47,790 nucleotides of DNA from Gemmatimonadota bacterium (GTDB lineage Bacteria > Gemmatimonadota > Gemmatimonadetes > Gemmatimonadales > GWC2-71-9). The translations under genes were made by a program, and so were the position numbers. Positions 24,380 through 33,162 of the stretch are shown piece after piece. The DNA lies in NCBI GenBank assembly GCA_016177465.1, contig JACOVF010000150.1:1-47790 (forward strand). Direction: 5' to 3'. The notes beneath the pieces were generated by a model, which saw only the letters and a program-made list of their open reading frames with translations, ran no database searches and was not told the origin of the DNA. Position 1 is the first letter of the stretch. Every line of letters starts with the position of its first letter.

Positions 24380-25809
24380 CGATCACTCCCGGGCGTGGGG
24401 ACTTGCCACAGCTCGAAGTCGGTATGGGGCTGGCGCGCCGGATCGTACCGGTCGTACACCAGCCACCCGTCGTTGTAGACCTGCACGGCTTTCGCGTAGA
24501 CGGAGAAGGGATCCCCCGACCACACGACGACGTCCGCCAGCTTGCCGGGCTCGAGGGTGCCCACGAGGGAATCGAGCCCCAGCACCCACGCCGGGTTCGC
24601 GGTGATCCACCGGAGCGCCTGGTCGCGGGTGATCGGGATCCCGGCCCGCTGGCCCGCGTACATCGCCTTCGCCGCCTCCTGATTGAGCCGCTGGATGCCG
24701 CTCGGGCTGTCCGAATGGATGACAGCGCGGGCGCCCGCCTGCTCCACGAGCGCGGCGTTCTCGTGGATTCCGTCCATCGCCTCTTCCTTGAAGCCCCACC
24801 AGTCGGCCCAGATCGAGACCGCCGTCCCGGCGCGCGCGAGATAGTCGGCGATCTTGTAGGCCTCCACGGCGTGGTGGAACGAGCGAATCCGGAACCCGAA
24901 CTCGCGGGCGAGGTCGAGCATCTGTACCATCTCGTCCGCGCGGTAGCAGTGGTTCTGGACGTAGATCTTCCCGCGCAGCACCTCGGTGAGGGTCTCGTTC
25001 CGGAGGTTGCGCTGCGGCGGCTCGCCCTGGTGGTCCCTGTTCCACTTGTCCCAGCGCTGCCGGTAGTTCTCCGCCTCACTGAAGGCCGCCCGGTAGCCCG
25101 CGAGGTTCCCCATGCGGGTGGAGGGACCGCCCGGCCGGCCGCCGTAGACGCGCTTCGGGTTCTCGCCGCAGGCCATTTTCAGCCCGTACGGCGCGCCGGG
25201 GAATTTCATCTCCTGCACGGTGCGCGCCGGGATCAGCTTGAGGACGGCACTGCGCCCACCGATCAGGTTCGCCGAGCCGGGCAGGGCCTGGATCGTCGTG
25301 ATCCCGCCCGCGATGGCGAGGGGGATCTGCGGGTCCTGAGGCCAGAACGAATGCTCGGCCCAGACCTCGGCCGTGACCGGAGTCGTCGCCTCGTTGCCGT
25401 CCGACTCCGCGAACGTCCCGGGTGCTGAGTAGACGCCGAGGTGGGAGTGGGTGTCGATCAAACCGGGGGTGACGTACTTCCCGGTCCCGTCCACGACCAC
25501 CGCATCGGCCGGAGCGGTCACGGTCGTCCCCATGGCCACGATCTTACCGTCCTGCAACAGAATCGAGCCGCTGGGGATCTCCCGGCCCGCCGCGGTCATG
25601 ATCGTCGCGTTGCGGATCAGCACCGCGGGGTTGGGATGCCGCCGGTAGGTTGACGGGTACTGCGGCCGATCCACGCTCGTAGTCTCGGGCGCCACCTTGG
25701 CCTGGGCGGGGGTGGGGGGTGGCGTCTGCGTCGACGTCGCGCCCGCGGTCGCGCAGGCGGCGGACAGCAGGGTGATTACGCAGAATCGCGTCATGGGCGT
25801 CTTCCTCAC
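24376..25809 (-). CDS. amidohydrolase family protein (intact HxH), lipoprotein signal
   Basis: Contains GLIDTHSHLG. N-terminal LLSAAC lipobox. GTG start at 25809 overlaps the M16 stop. Confidence 0.88.
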   Translation of the reverse strand: MRKTPMTRFCVITLLSAACATAGATSTQTPPPTPAQAKVAPETTSVDRPQYPSTYRRHPNPAVLIRNATIMTAAGREIPSGSILLQDGKIVAMGTTVTAPADAVVVDGTGKYVTPGLIDTHSHLGVYSAPGTFAESDGNEATTPVTAEVWAEHSFWPQDPQIPLAIAGGITTIQALPGSANLIGGRSAVLKLIPARTVQEMKFPGAPYGLKMACGENPKRVYGGRPGGPSTRMGNLAGYRAAFSEAENYRQRWDKWNRDHQGEPPQRNLRNETLTEVLRGKIYVQNHCYRADEMVQMLDLAREFGFRIRSFHHAVEAYKIADYLARAGTAVSIWADWWGFKEEAMDGIHENAALVEQAGARAVIHSDSPSGIQRLNQEAAKAMYAGQRAGIPITRDQALRWITANPAWVLGLDSLVGTLEPGKLADVVVWSGDPFSVYAKAVQVYNDGWLVYDRYDPARQPHTDFELWQVPTPGSDR

Positions 25810-27896
25810 TTGACCAACTCGAACACGAACGGCGCGCCGAGGACCTCGATCTTCACCAGGCGGCGCGGGGTGGTGGTGCTGACGTAGAACACGAACGGCG
25901 CTTGGCCGCCGGAGACGTCGATGCGGTAGGCCTGGAACGTTCCCGCGGGAACGGTGACGCCCTGGACGTCGCCGACCTTCACGGTGAACACCCGCGTGCT
26001 GCCGTCACCCGAGGTCAGGACGCCGATGGGGAACGTCTTTCCGGGCTCGAGCGGCAGGGCGGGGACGATCGTCGCCAGCGCGTTGTCGTCGTAGGTGCCC
26101 GGCGCCACCGTGGTGTCGATCGTCAGCTCGCGGGGCGCGCCCGTCGGCTGGGGCACTTTGGCGGTCCCCTGGACGCGGTTGCCGCCGTACCTCAGGTGAA
26201 TCTCGCTCGGCTGTCCCTGCACGCTGCCGGTCTGGTCCACCTGCCGGACGCTTATGTCGCGGGGATCGAACACCACGGTCGTGTGCTGCGTCACGAACGG
26301 CGGAATGCTGAGCTGCTCGCTGTAGATGAGCGAGTCTGCGGTCTGCCGCAGGCTGGACACTTGCGCCCCCATCGGGTTGCCCTGGATCACGACCTGGAAG
26401 CTGTCGGTGTGGGTCACCAGCTGGCCGCGGTCGAGAACGAGCGGCCCTGCCTTGGGGACGAGATCATCGGGCGTCAGCGGCTTGCCGTCCGCGTCCACGA
26501 GCCGCACCGGCGCGACGGCCGTCAGCTTCTCGTAGAGCTGCGTCGCATCGCCGACGACCACAATGGTCAGGGCGTGGCGGCGGTAGGTCTGCCGGGCGGC
26601 CGCCAGGGCCCGCCGGGCCGTGACGGCACCGAGGCGCTCGCGGTACGTGTGCAGGTAGTTCGCGGGCAGGCCGAGCAACTTCACCGTCGCCACCTGCTGG
26701 GCGATCTGTTGCGGCGTCTCGATCGTGAGCGGGAAGACGCCCACCAGGAATCCCTTCGCGCCGACCAGTTCCGAATCGGGGATCGCCTCGGTGCGAATGC
26801 GGTCTACCTGGTGCAGCAGCTCGTTCAGCGCGCTGTCGGTGACCGCGGTACGCACTTGCGTGACTGCCTGCCAGTTGCCGAGTTCATGGAACCGGTTGAG
26901 CGCGGTGTGGGCGTCGTAGGTCCAGCTCTTCTGCTCCCGGATGATCTGGAACAGCCGCGAGTCGCTGCCGCCGCCCAGCACGTGGGTGACGACGCGCGCG
27001 GCGAAGTAGTTCGTGTCGCGCGGCAGCATGGTGGTGTTGCCGACGACGATGTTGGATTGCACCGAGCCCGGGCGATGTACGAGCAGGATGTCGGTCGCGC
27101 CCTTCACCGGCGCGGCAGCGGCCGGGGCAACCGGGGCTGGGGTCCCGGACCAGCCGGCGAAGTGCCTCGCCGCGAGCGCGCGCGCTTGGGCGAGCGTGAT
27201 GTCACCCGCTACCACCATCAGCGCGCCGGAGGGGCGCAGCCGGGTCGCGGCGAACTTGACGACGTCGTCCCGGGAGATCGCCTTGTAGCTTTCGGGACTC
27301 GTCATCCGGCCGTAGAGATGCGCTCCGTAGATCTCCCGGTCGAAGAAGCGTTCGGCCAGGAACTCGGGATCCGACAGGTTCACCTGCAGCGCCGAGAGAT
27401 ACCGCGTGCGCGCGAGCTCCAGCTCTTCCGGCCGGAACGTCGCGTTGCGCGTGACGTCGGCGAGCAGCGCAACCACTAGGTCGACGTGATCGGTGAGCGC
27501 CGACGCCCGGAGCGTGAAGAGGTCCTGGCTCGAGCCGGCCGCCAGGCTGCCCCCCACCCCCTCGATCGTGGCGGCGATCTGCTCGGCGGTACGGGTAGGG
27601 GTGCCCTTGGTGATGAGCTCGGCCACGAGCGCCGAGAGCCCCTCCTTGCCGGCCGGGTCCGCCGTGGCCCCGGCTCGGAAACTCAGGGCCACCGACACCG
27701 TCGGCTGCTCGTGGTTCTCGATCACCACGAGTCTCACCCCGTTCGACAGCGTGACCTCCTGGAACGGCGGGAAGCGCACGGGGGAGAGCGCTGTGGAGGC
27801 CGGAGGCTTCGTGGGGAAAGACTCCTGGGCGGAAAGCCGGATTGCCGGATAGGCGTATAGTAAGGTCGCCACCGCTATCACCATCCGCCGGTTCAC
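25806..27896 (-). CDS. M16 (pitrilysin) family protein, non-catalytic subunit type, with C-terminal beta-rich extension
   Basis: M16 fold but no HxxEH (GKEGLSALVAELITKGT at that position). About 240 extra C-terminal residues. Confidence 0.85.
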   Translation of the reverse strand: MNRRMVIAVATLLYAYPAIRLSAQESFPTKPPASTALSPVRFPPFQEVTLSNGVRLVVIENHEQPTVSVALSFRAGATADPAGKEGLSALVAELITKGTPTRTAEQIAATIEGVGGSLAAGSSQDLFTLRASALTDHVDLVVALLADVTRNATFRPEELELARTRYLSALQVNLSDPEFLAERFFDREIYGAHLYGRMTSPESYKAISRDDVVKFAATRLRPSGALMVVAGDITLAQARALAARHFAGWSGTPAPVAPAAAAPVKGATDILLVHRPGSVQSNIVVGNTTMLPRDTNYFAARVVTHVLGGGSDSRLFQIIREQKSWTYDAHTALNRFHELGNWQAVTQVRTAVTDSALNELLHQVDRIRTEAIPDSELVGAKGFLVGVFPLTIETPQQIAQQVATVKLLGLPANYLHTYRERLGAVTARRALAAARQTYRRHALTIVVVGDATQLYEKLTAVAPVRLVDADGKPLTPDDLVPKAGPLVLDRGQLVTHTDSFQVVIQGNPMGAQVSSLRQTADSLIYSEQLSIPPFVTQHTTVVFDPRDISVRQVDQTGSVQGQPSEIHLRYGGNRVQGTAKVPQPTGAPRELTIDTTVAPGTYDDNALATIVPALPLEPGKTFPIGVLTSGDGSTRVFTVKVGDVQGVTVPAGTFQAYRIDVSGGQAPFVFYVSTTTPRRLVKIEVLGAPFVFELVK

Positions 27897-29245
27897 CGGG
27901 ATCCCCCTTGGCTCGCTCCCGGCCGCACGATCACGATCACCGCGTTCGCGGGATCGAGATACTTGCTTGCCACGCGCTGGATGTCGTCCGACGTGACCGC
28001 GACGAACTTGTCCAGGTCGGTGTTGATCTCATCGATGGAGCCGTGGAACATCCGGTAGTGCTGTAACTCTTCCGCCTTGCTGTAGGTGGTCTCGCGGTTT
28101 CGGACGAAGCCCGCCCGCATGATGTTCTTCGCCTTCTCGAGCTCCTGAGCTGTCACGCCGAAGGTCCGCACGCTGTCGATCTGGACCGCGAGCAGGCTGT
28201 CCAGTCGCGCGGCTTCGACGCCTTGGTTGACGAAGCCGAAGGCGATCATCACGCCGGGGCCGCGGCGCGACCCATACGGGTTGGCGAACACGCCGGCCTC
28301 CAGCGCCGCCTTCTCGCGCCGGACAACGCCCACGTTGAGCCGCGAGCTCTCCCCCTGACCCAGGATCAGGTTCAAGAGTTCGAGCGCCGGGGTGTCGGCG
28401 TGGCGGTGGGACGGCAACCGGTAGAAGCGTAGCGTAGCGGCGAGGTTGGCCCGCGGGTCCGACACCTCGCGGCGCACGGCCCCGGGCGAGAAGCGGAAGT
28501 CGCACGCCACCGGAGCGGGCGCCGGCTGAGGAGCAATCCCGCCGAAGTATTGGTCGACGAGCCGCCGCAGATCGGCGGGCTGGAAGTCCCCGACGACCAC
28601 CAGGGTGGCGTTGTTCGGCGCGTAGTAGGCGTCGAAGAAGCTCTTCACGTCGGTAAGCTGGGCCGCGTCGAGATCCGGCATCGCCCCGATGATGGTGTGT
28701 GCGTAGCCGAAGCAGCCGGTGCTGTCGAACGGCCAGGTGAGCCCCTCGGTGAAGGCGACCTGGTATGGCTGGTTGTCCACCTTCAACCGCCGTTCTTCCT
28801 TCACCGCCTCCCGCTGGTTGTTGAGGTTCTCCTGCGTGACGGCGAGCGACCGCATTCGGTCGGCTTCGAGCCAGAGCGCGAGATTGAGCCGGTTGGACGG
28901 CACCGTTGCGTAGTACTTCGTCTGGTCCTCCGAGGGGCTGGCGTTGGCCCCGCCGCCCGCACGCTCGATCAGGCGGGAATGCTCCGCCTTCTGCACGTGC
29001 GCCGAGCCCTGGTACATCATGTGCTCGAACAGATGAGCGAACCCGGAGCGGCCGGGGCGCTCGTTGCGCGAGCCGACGTCGTACCACAGGTCCACGGTCA
29101 CGATCGGCGTGGAGTGGTCTGCAGAGTAAATCACCTGCAGCCCGTTGGAGAGGGTGAACTGCTCGTACTGGATGCGCCCCGCTTGGGCGGCCAGCGGGGC
29201 AGCGGTGCCGGCAAGCAGCCCGAAGCTTAGCAACATACGGTGCAT
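27893..29245 (-). CDS. M16 family zinc peptidase (catalytic subunit)
   Basis: HxxEH motif within GFAHLFEHMMYQGS. Signal peptide ending APLAAQA. Confidence 0.9.
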   Translation of the reverse strand: MHRMLLSFGLLAGTAAPLAAQAGRIQYEQFTLSNGLQVIYSADHSTPIVTVDLWYDVGSRNERPGRSGFAHLFEHMMYQGSAHVQKAEHSRLIERAGGGANASPSEDQTKYYATVPSNRLNLALWLEADRMRSLAVTQENLNNQREAVKEERRLKVDNQPYQVAFTEGLTWPFDSTGCFGYAHTIIGAMPDLDAAQLTDVKSFFDAYYAPNNATLVVVGDFQPADLRRLVDQYFGGIAPQPAPAPVACDFRFSPGAVRREVSDPRANLAATLRFYRLPSHRHADTPALELLNLILGQGESSRLNVGVVRREKAALEAGVFANPYGSRRGPGVMIAFGFVNQGVEAARLDSLLAVQIDSVRTFGVTAQELEKAKNIMRAGFVRNRETTYSKAEELQHYRMFHGSIDEINTDLDKFVAVTSDDIQRVASKYLDPANAVIVIVRPGASQGGSR

Positions 29246-29281
29246 GAGGTGCGAGTCCCTTTGCAGTGAGAGAGGCTCAAC

Positions 29282-30160
29282 TCAGCTGGCGGGAAACAGG
29301 GCCAGCGCGTTGTCCTGCAGGATCGCCTTCCGGTGCGCGTCGGCAAGGGGCAGGGTGAGGAACTGGTCAATGTTCAATTTCAGGTCCTTCACCCCGGGGC
29401 TGGGCCAGTCGGTCCCCCAGAGGACGCGGTCCACGACCTCCATCAGCCGCGGAAAGTACTCCAGCAGCCTGACCGGCGGAATGCCCGAGACGTCGAGCCG
29501 GACGTTCTTGTGACGTCGCAGAATGAAGAACGCCTCCTCCATCCAGAGCGGCCGCCCACCGTGCGCCATCACGAGCTGGAGGTCGGGGAAATCGATGGCG
29601 ATGTCGTCCAGCTCCATTGGGTTGCCCCACTTGGACCGGGCGCCGGGGAAAATGCTCGTTCCAGTATGGACCATCACGGGAAAGCCGCGCTCCTCGCAGC
29701 GGCGGTACATCGCGGCGAGGGCATCGAGCCCGTCGGTATAGGCGTTGGCGGGGAAGAGCTGGTGCGAGGGGTGGATCTTCAGGAGCCGGATCCCCAGGTT
29801 CATGAGCCGGTCCACGTCGCCGGCGGGGTCCTTGGAATAGCGGGGATGGACGCCGCCGTACGGCATCAGCCGGTCCGGATTCGCCTGGGCGTACTTCGCG
29901 ATGAACGTATTGGTGGAGTCCGTGAACCCCATCACGTCGGGGGCGACGTAGTTCACCATCCCGACGCGCCACACCCCCGAGCGGTCCATGATGTCGAGCA
30001 GGGCCTTGGGATCGTCCATCATCGACAGCAGGAAGTTCCAGTGGTCTTCCTTGCCGCGGCGCATCGTCTCTTGGACCATGGGCTTCAAGTCGCGCCACGG
30101 CTGGATGTGGATGTGGACGTCGGTGATACGGGGATAGGGGTTAACTGGTGCCTCCGTCAC
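29282..30160 (-). CDS. Amidohydro_2 (TIM-barrel metal-dependent hydrolase) family protein
   Basis: Contains ITDVHIHIQPW, VMAHGG and WGTDWP motifs. GTG start at 30160. Confidence 0.85.
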   Translation of the reverse strand: MTEAPVNPYPRITDVHIHIQPWRDLKPMVQETMRRGKEDHWNFLLSMMDDPKALLDIMDRSGVWRVGMVNYVAPDVMGFTDSTNTFIAKYAQANPDRLMPYGGVHPRYSKDPAGDVDRLMNLGIRLLKIHPSHQLFPANAYTDGLDALAAMYRRCEERGFPVMVHTGTSIFPGARSKWGNPMELDDIAIDFPDLQLVMAHGGRPLWMEEAFFILRRHKNVRLDVSGIPPVRLLEYFPRLMEVVDRVLWGTDWPSPGVKDLKLNIDQFLTLPLADAHRKAILQDNALALFPAS

Positions 30161-30352
30161 GGGATTGGCGGTAAACTTAGTCGTCGCCGATCGCTACTGG
30201 TGCGGGCCTTTCACAACTGTGGCGCGGCCGCATCGTTTTGCCGCCTCCTCAGCCGTAACCCCAAGTCTCTCTTGACGGTCCCTATTCTGCAGTAGCAATT
30301 TGGCATTTGGGGAAGGGCCTCGGAGCCCGAGCGAGAGCGAGACGATCACCAG

Positions 30353-32230
30353 ATGCAGTGCGCCCACTGTGCCACGCCGGTACCCGACACTGCCAAGTAC
30401 TGCCAGAACTGCGGTTCGTTTGTCTCGGACGCGGAGGGGCAGGCCGCAGCCACGGCCGCGATGGATGCATCCGCCTTCGCGCAGATGGAGCAGATGCTCC
30501 GCGAAGACACGAAGGGAGAGTTCGAGATCCTGCGGCTGCTCGGGCGGGGCGGCATGGCGATGGTCTACCTAGGCACCGAGATTCATCTGGCCCGTAAGGT
30601 GGCGATCAAGGTGCTCCCCCCTGAGCTCACCTTCGGCCATGGTGTGGAGCGCTTCAAGCGCGAGGCCAAGACTGCGGCTGCCCTTGACCACCCCAACATC
30701 ATACCGATTTACCGCGTCGCTGCAGAGGGGAAGATCTTCTGGTACGCCATGAAGTACCTGGAAGGACGCTCCTTGGAGGACCTTCTCAAAGAGCAGCCAC
30801 GGCTTCCCCTGAAGCAGACCATCGAAATCCTGGCCCAAGTCGCGGATGCGCTCGATTACGCGCACGAGCACAAAGTCATCCATCGCGACATCAAGCCCGC
30901 CAATGTGATGCTCGACGCGCGAGGCCGCGTCGTGGTAACCGACTTCGGAATCGCGAAAGCGCTGACGGAGGGAACGCTCACGGCGTCCGGATCGGTGATC
31001 GGCACGCCCTACTTCATGTCGCCCGAGCAAGGCATGGGGAAGACGATCACCGGGGCCTCGGATCAGTACTCCGTCGGTGTGATGGCGTACCGCATGCTCT
31101 CCGGCCAGATTCCCTTCGAAGGCGACTCCGCGATCGAGATTCTCCACAAACACTGCACCGCGCCTCCGCCCCCCCTCGAGGTGATCAGCGCCGGGCTGCC
31201 GCGGCACGTGTCCTGGGCGGTTCACAGGACTCTGGACAAGCGCCCCGAGCAACGCTTTCCGACGGTCACGGCATTCGTTGAGGCCTTGCGGCATCCGACG
31301 CCGGAATTCCTGGCAGCGGCCGCCGCCACGGGCGCTGCAACGGTGGTGTTTCCCGAAGGTCCCCGCCCGGCAGAGCCCGCGCGGCTCACCCCTACGAAGC
31401 CCACACCGCCCTCTGCCGCGAAAGGCAAGCCTAGGGTCGTCGCCGGCCCGAAGAAGAAGGGGTGGAAACCCGTCGTCGTGGTGCTGGGAGTGCTGGCCGC
31501 TGCCGGTGGAGCGGGCGCGACCTGGTTGCTTACCACGGGTTCGCCGGAAGGGCAGGGATCCGGTCCGTCCGCTCCCCCGCCTCCTGTGGAGCAAGCGAGG
31601 GTCCCGGCTGCTCCCGTGTCGCAGCTACCGAGCCAGCCGTCTGGCCCGAGCGCGCCGGCGGAGGCTGAGCGGCGGCCGGCCGACGTCGCCGCGCCGGTCC
31701 CGCCGGCGCCCGGCCGCATCATCGTCACCGGGCTCCCTGTGGGCGGCACCGTAACGGCCGACGGGCGCCGGCAGCAAGGGTTGAGCTTCGAAGTGGCTGC
31801 GGGTCGCCACGAGCTCCGCTTGGAAGCCAGCGGCTACGAGTCGGTCGTGCGGACGGTGATGGTCACCGCCAGCCGAGAGCTACGCGTGCCTTTCGCCGGT
31901 CGTGCATTGCCGCCGGCCGCGCCTCGCCAGGGCCAGGTGGCTCAGGCGCCCACGGCGCCGCAGCCGTCGCCCACCCAGCCGGCGGCCCCTCCCCCCGCGG
32001 ATCCGGCCGCCGGCCTCAGCGTGCTACGACTCAGCATCACCCCGGCGGCCAACGTGCTCCTGGACGGTGTCGACCGCGGGCAGAAGAGCCGACTTCAGGA
32101 GACGATGGTCCCGGGCACACACACCCTGCGGTTCGTGCGCGAGGGGTTCGTCACCAAGGACACAACCATCACGTTGGCGGCGGGCGAGACGGTGCTGTTG
32201 CGCATCGAGCTTGCCGAGCGGAGGCGATGA
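30353..32230 (+). CDS. Ser/Thr protein kinase with N-terminal zinc ribbon, TM segment and C-terminal PEGA-like domains
   Basis: Zinc ribbon CAHCATPVPDTAKYCQNCG. Kinase motifs VAIKVL, HRDIKPANVM, DFGIAK and GTPYFMSPEQ. TM span VVVVLGVLAAAGGAGATWLL. PEGA-like blocks (RIIVTGLPVGGTVTADG..., LSITPAANVLLDGVDRG...). Confidence 0.9.
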   Translation: MQCAHCATPVPDTAKYCQNCGSFVSDAEGQAAATAAMDASAFAQMEQMLREDTKGEFEILRLLGRGGMAMVYLGTEIHLARKVAIKVLPPELTFGHGVERFKREAKTAAALDHPNIIPIYRVAAEGKIFWYAMKYLEGRSLEDLLKEQPRLPLKQTIEILAQVADALDYAHEHKVIHRDIKPANVMLDARGRVVVTDFGIAKALTEGTLTASGSVIGTPYFMSPEQGMGKTITGASDQYSVGVMAYRMLSGQIPFEGDSAIEILHKHCTAPPPPLEVISAGLPRHVSWAVHRTLDKRPEQRFPTVTAFVEALRHPTPEFLAAAAATGAATVVFPEGPRPAEPARLTPTKPTPPSAAKGKPRVVAGPKKKGWKPVVVVLGVLAAAGGAGATWLLTTGSPEGQGSGPSAPPPPVEQARVPAAPVSQLPSQPSGPSAPAEAERRPADVAAPVPPAPGRIIVTGLPVGGTVTADGRRQQGLSFEVAAGRHELRLEASGYESVVRTVMVTASRELRVPFAGRALPPAAPRQGQVAQAPTAPQPSPTQPAAPPPADPAAGLSVLRLSITPAANVLLDGVDRGQKSRLQETMVPGTHTLRFVREGFVTKDTTITLAAGETVLLRIELAERRR

Positions 32231-33153
32231 TGTCGGACCTGAGGGGTCTACTGCGGCGCCGCTCGACGCTGCTCCTGCTGGTCGCGCTGGGCACGCTGGG
32301 CGCGCTGGGGGTGCCCGGGCGGCTTGCGGCGCAGGTCACACGTGACGGACTGATCCGCGACGCTGCCAAGGCGTATCAAAACTTCGAGACCGCTCGTGCG
32401 CTCGAACTGCTCAACGCCGCGCTCGATCCGGGGCGCGGGCCGCCGGACAGCGTGTGGGGTTACGGCCTGCAGCTGCTCGCGCAGATCCTGATCGAAGACG
32501 GCCAGGCGGGATCGGCGCGCGCCTGGCTCCGGTGGGCCTTCCGGTTCGCCCCCGAGCTCAAGATCGACACCCTGACGTTCGTCCCCGAGGTCGTCGCCGC
32601 AGCTCGGGTGGCCCGAGACGCCGTCCGCGGGATCCCCGGCGACCAGGTCACGGAAACGTCCTGGCGGTGGCCCGCGCGCCCAACGGGCGACACTCTTGGC
32701 CAGCTGCAGATCAAGACGTCCGCGCTGCCTGTCCCGATAAACGTTCTTGTCCCGGGCCGGGGATTGGTTCGCTCCGGCGAGACGCTCGTGCTCCCGGCGG
32801 GCAGCTATGAGCTCCAGGCGGCGGCGGAGGGTTACCTCACCGCGCGAGTGACGCGCGAAATCCTGCCCGGGGTGACCACCGTGCTGGCGTTCAACCTCAC
32901 GCGCGTTGGGGAGGTCGCGCAAGCGCCGCCTGTACAGGCGCCGCCTCCCCAGGCCGCGCCGCCGCCAGCGCCACCCCCGGCCCAACCGGCGCCCGCACAG
33001 CCGCAGGTGCAACGCCGCAAGGGGAAGTTTCCCGTGGTCATCGTGCTCGGGGTCGTAGGTGCGGCCGCTGCCGTGGCGTTGCTGGCGGGCGGCGGCGGCG
33101 GCGGGGGCGGCCCAAACACCGGCGGCATCACCATCACCTTCCCGAATCCCTGA
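32227..33153 (+). CDS. secreted PEGA-domain protein with Pro-rich linker, C-terminal TM and poly-Gly tail
   Basis: ATGA overlap with the kinase. Signal peptide, helical TPR-like region and PEGA-like block INVLVPGRGLVRSGETLVLPAGSYELQAAAEGY. Then a PPxQAPPP run, VVIVLGVVGAAAAVALLA and a G8 tail. Confidence 0.75.
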   Translation: MMSDLRGLLRRRSTLLLLVALGTLGALGVPGRLAAQVTRDGLIRDAAKAYQNFETARALELLNAALDPGRGPPDSVWGYGLQLLAQILIEDGQAGSARAWLRWAFRFAPELKIDTLTFVPEVVAAARVARDAVRGIPGDQVTETSWRWPARPTGDTLGQLQIKTSALPVPINVLVPGRGLVRSGETLVLPAGSYELQAAAEGYLTARVTREILPGVTTVLAFNLTRVGEVAQAPPVQAPPPQAAPPPAPPPAQPAPAQPQVQRRKGKFPVVIVLGVVGAAAAVALLAGGGGGGGGPNTGGITITFPNP

Positions 33154-33162
33154 GGCCGACCT

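Noticed and set aside
23280-25079. 599-aa minus-strand ORF, plus + strand ORFs 23438-24478, 23808-24605 and 24403-25428, across the two amidohydrolase genes.
   Set aside because: These are shadow frames of the amidohydrolase genes. The motif-bearing frames, which end and start with 4-nt overlaps, explain the region.
30137-30145. GGGGTTAAC, resembling half of the REP palindrome.
   Set aside because: It lies inside the Amidohydro_2 coding sequence (PVNPYP) and has no complementary arm nearby. It is treated as chance similarity.
30272-30300. TTGACG hexamer upstream of the Ser/Thr kinase as a promoter.
   Set aside because: No acceptable -10-like hexamer lies at 16-18 nt; the best candidates are TAGCAA and AGCAAT. 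The evidence is too weak to call.
32930-33110. CCGCC/GGCGG-rich low-complexity run.
   Set aside because: It is in-frame coding sequence for the Pro-rich linker (PPVQAPPPQAAPPPAPPPAQPAPAQPQ), the TM span and the poly-Gly tail of the PEGA protein. It is not a non-coding repeat.
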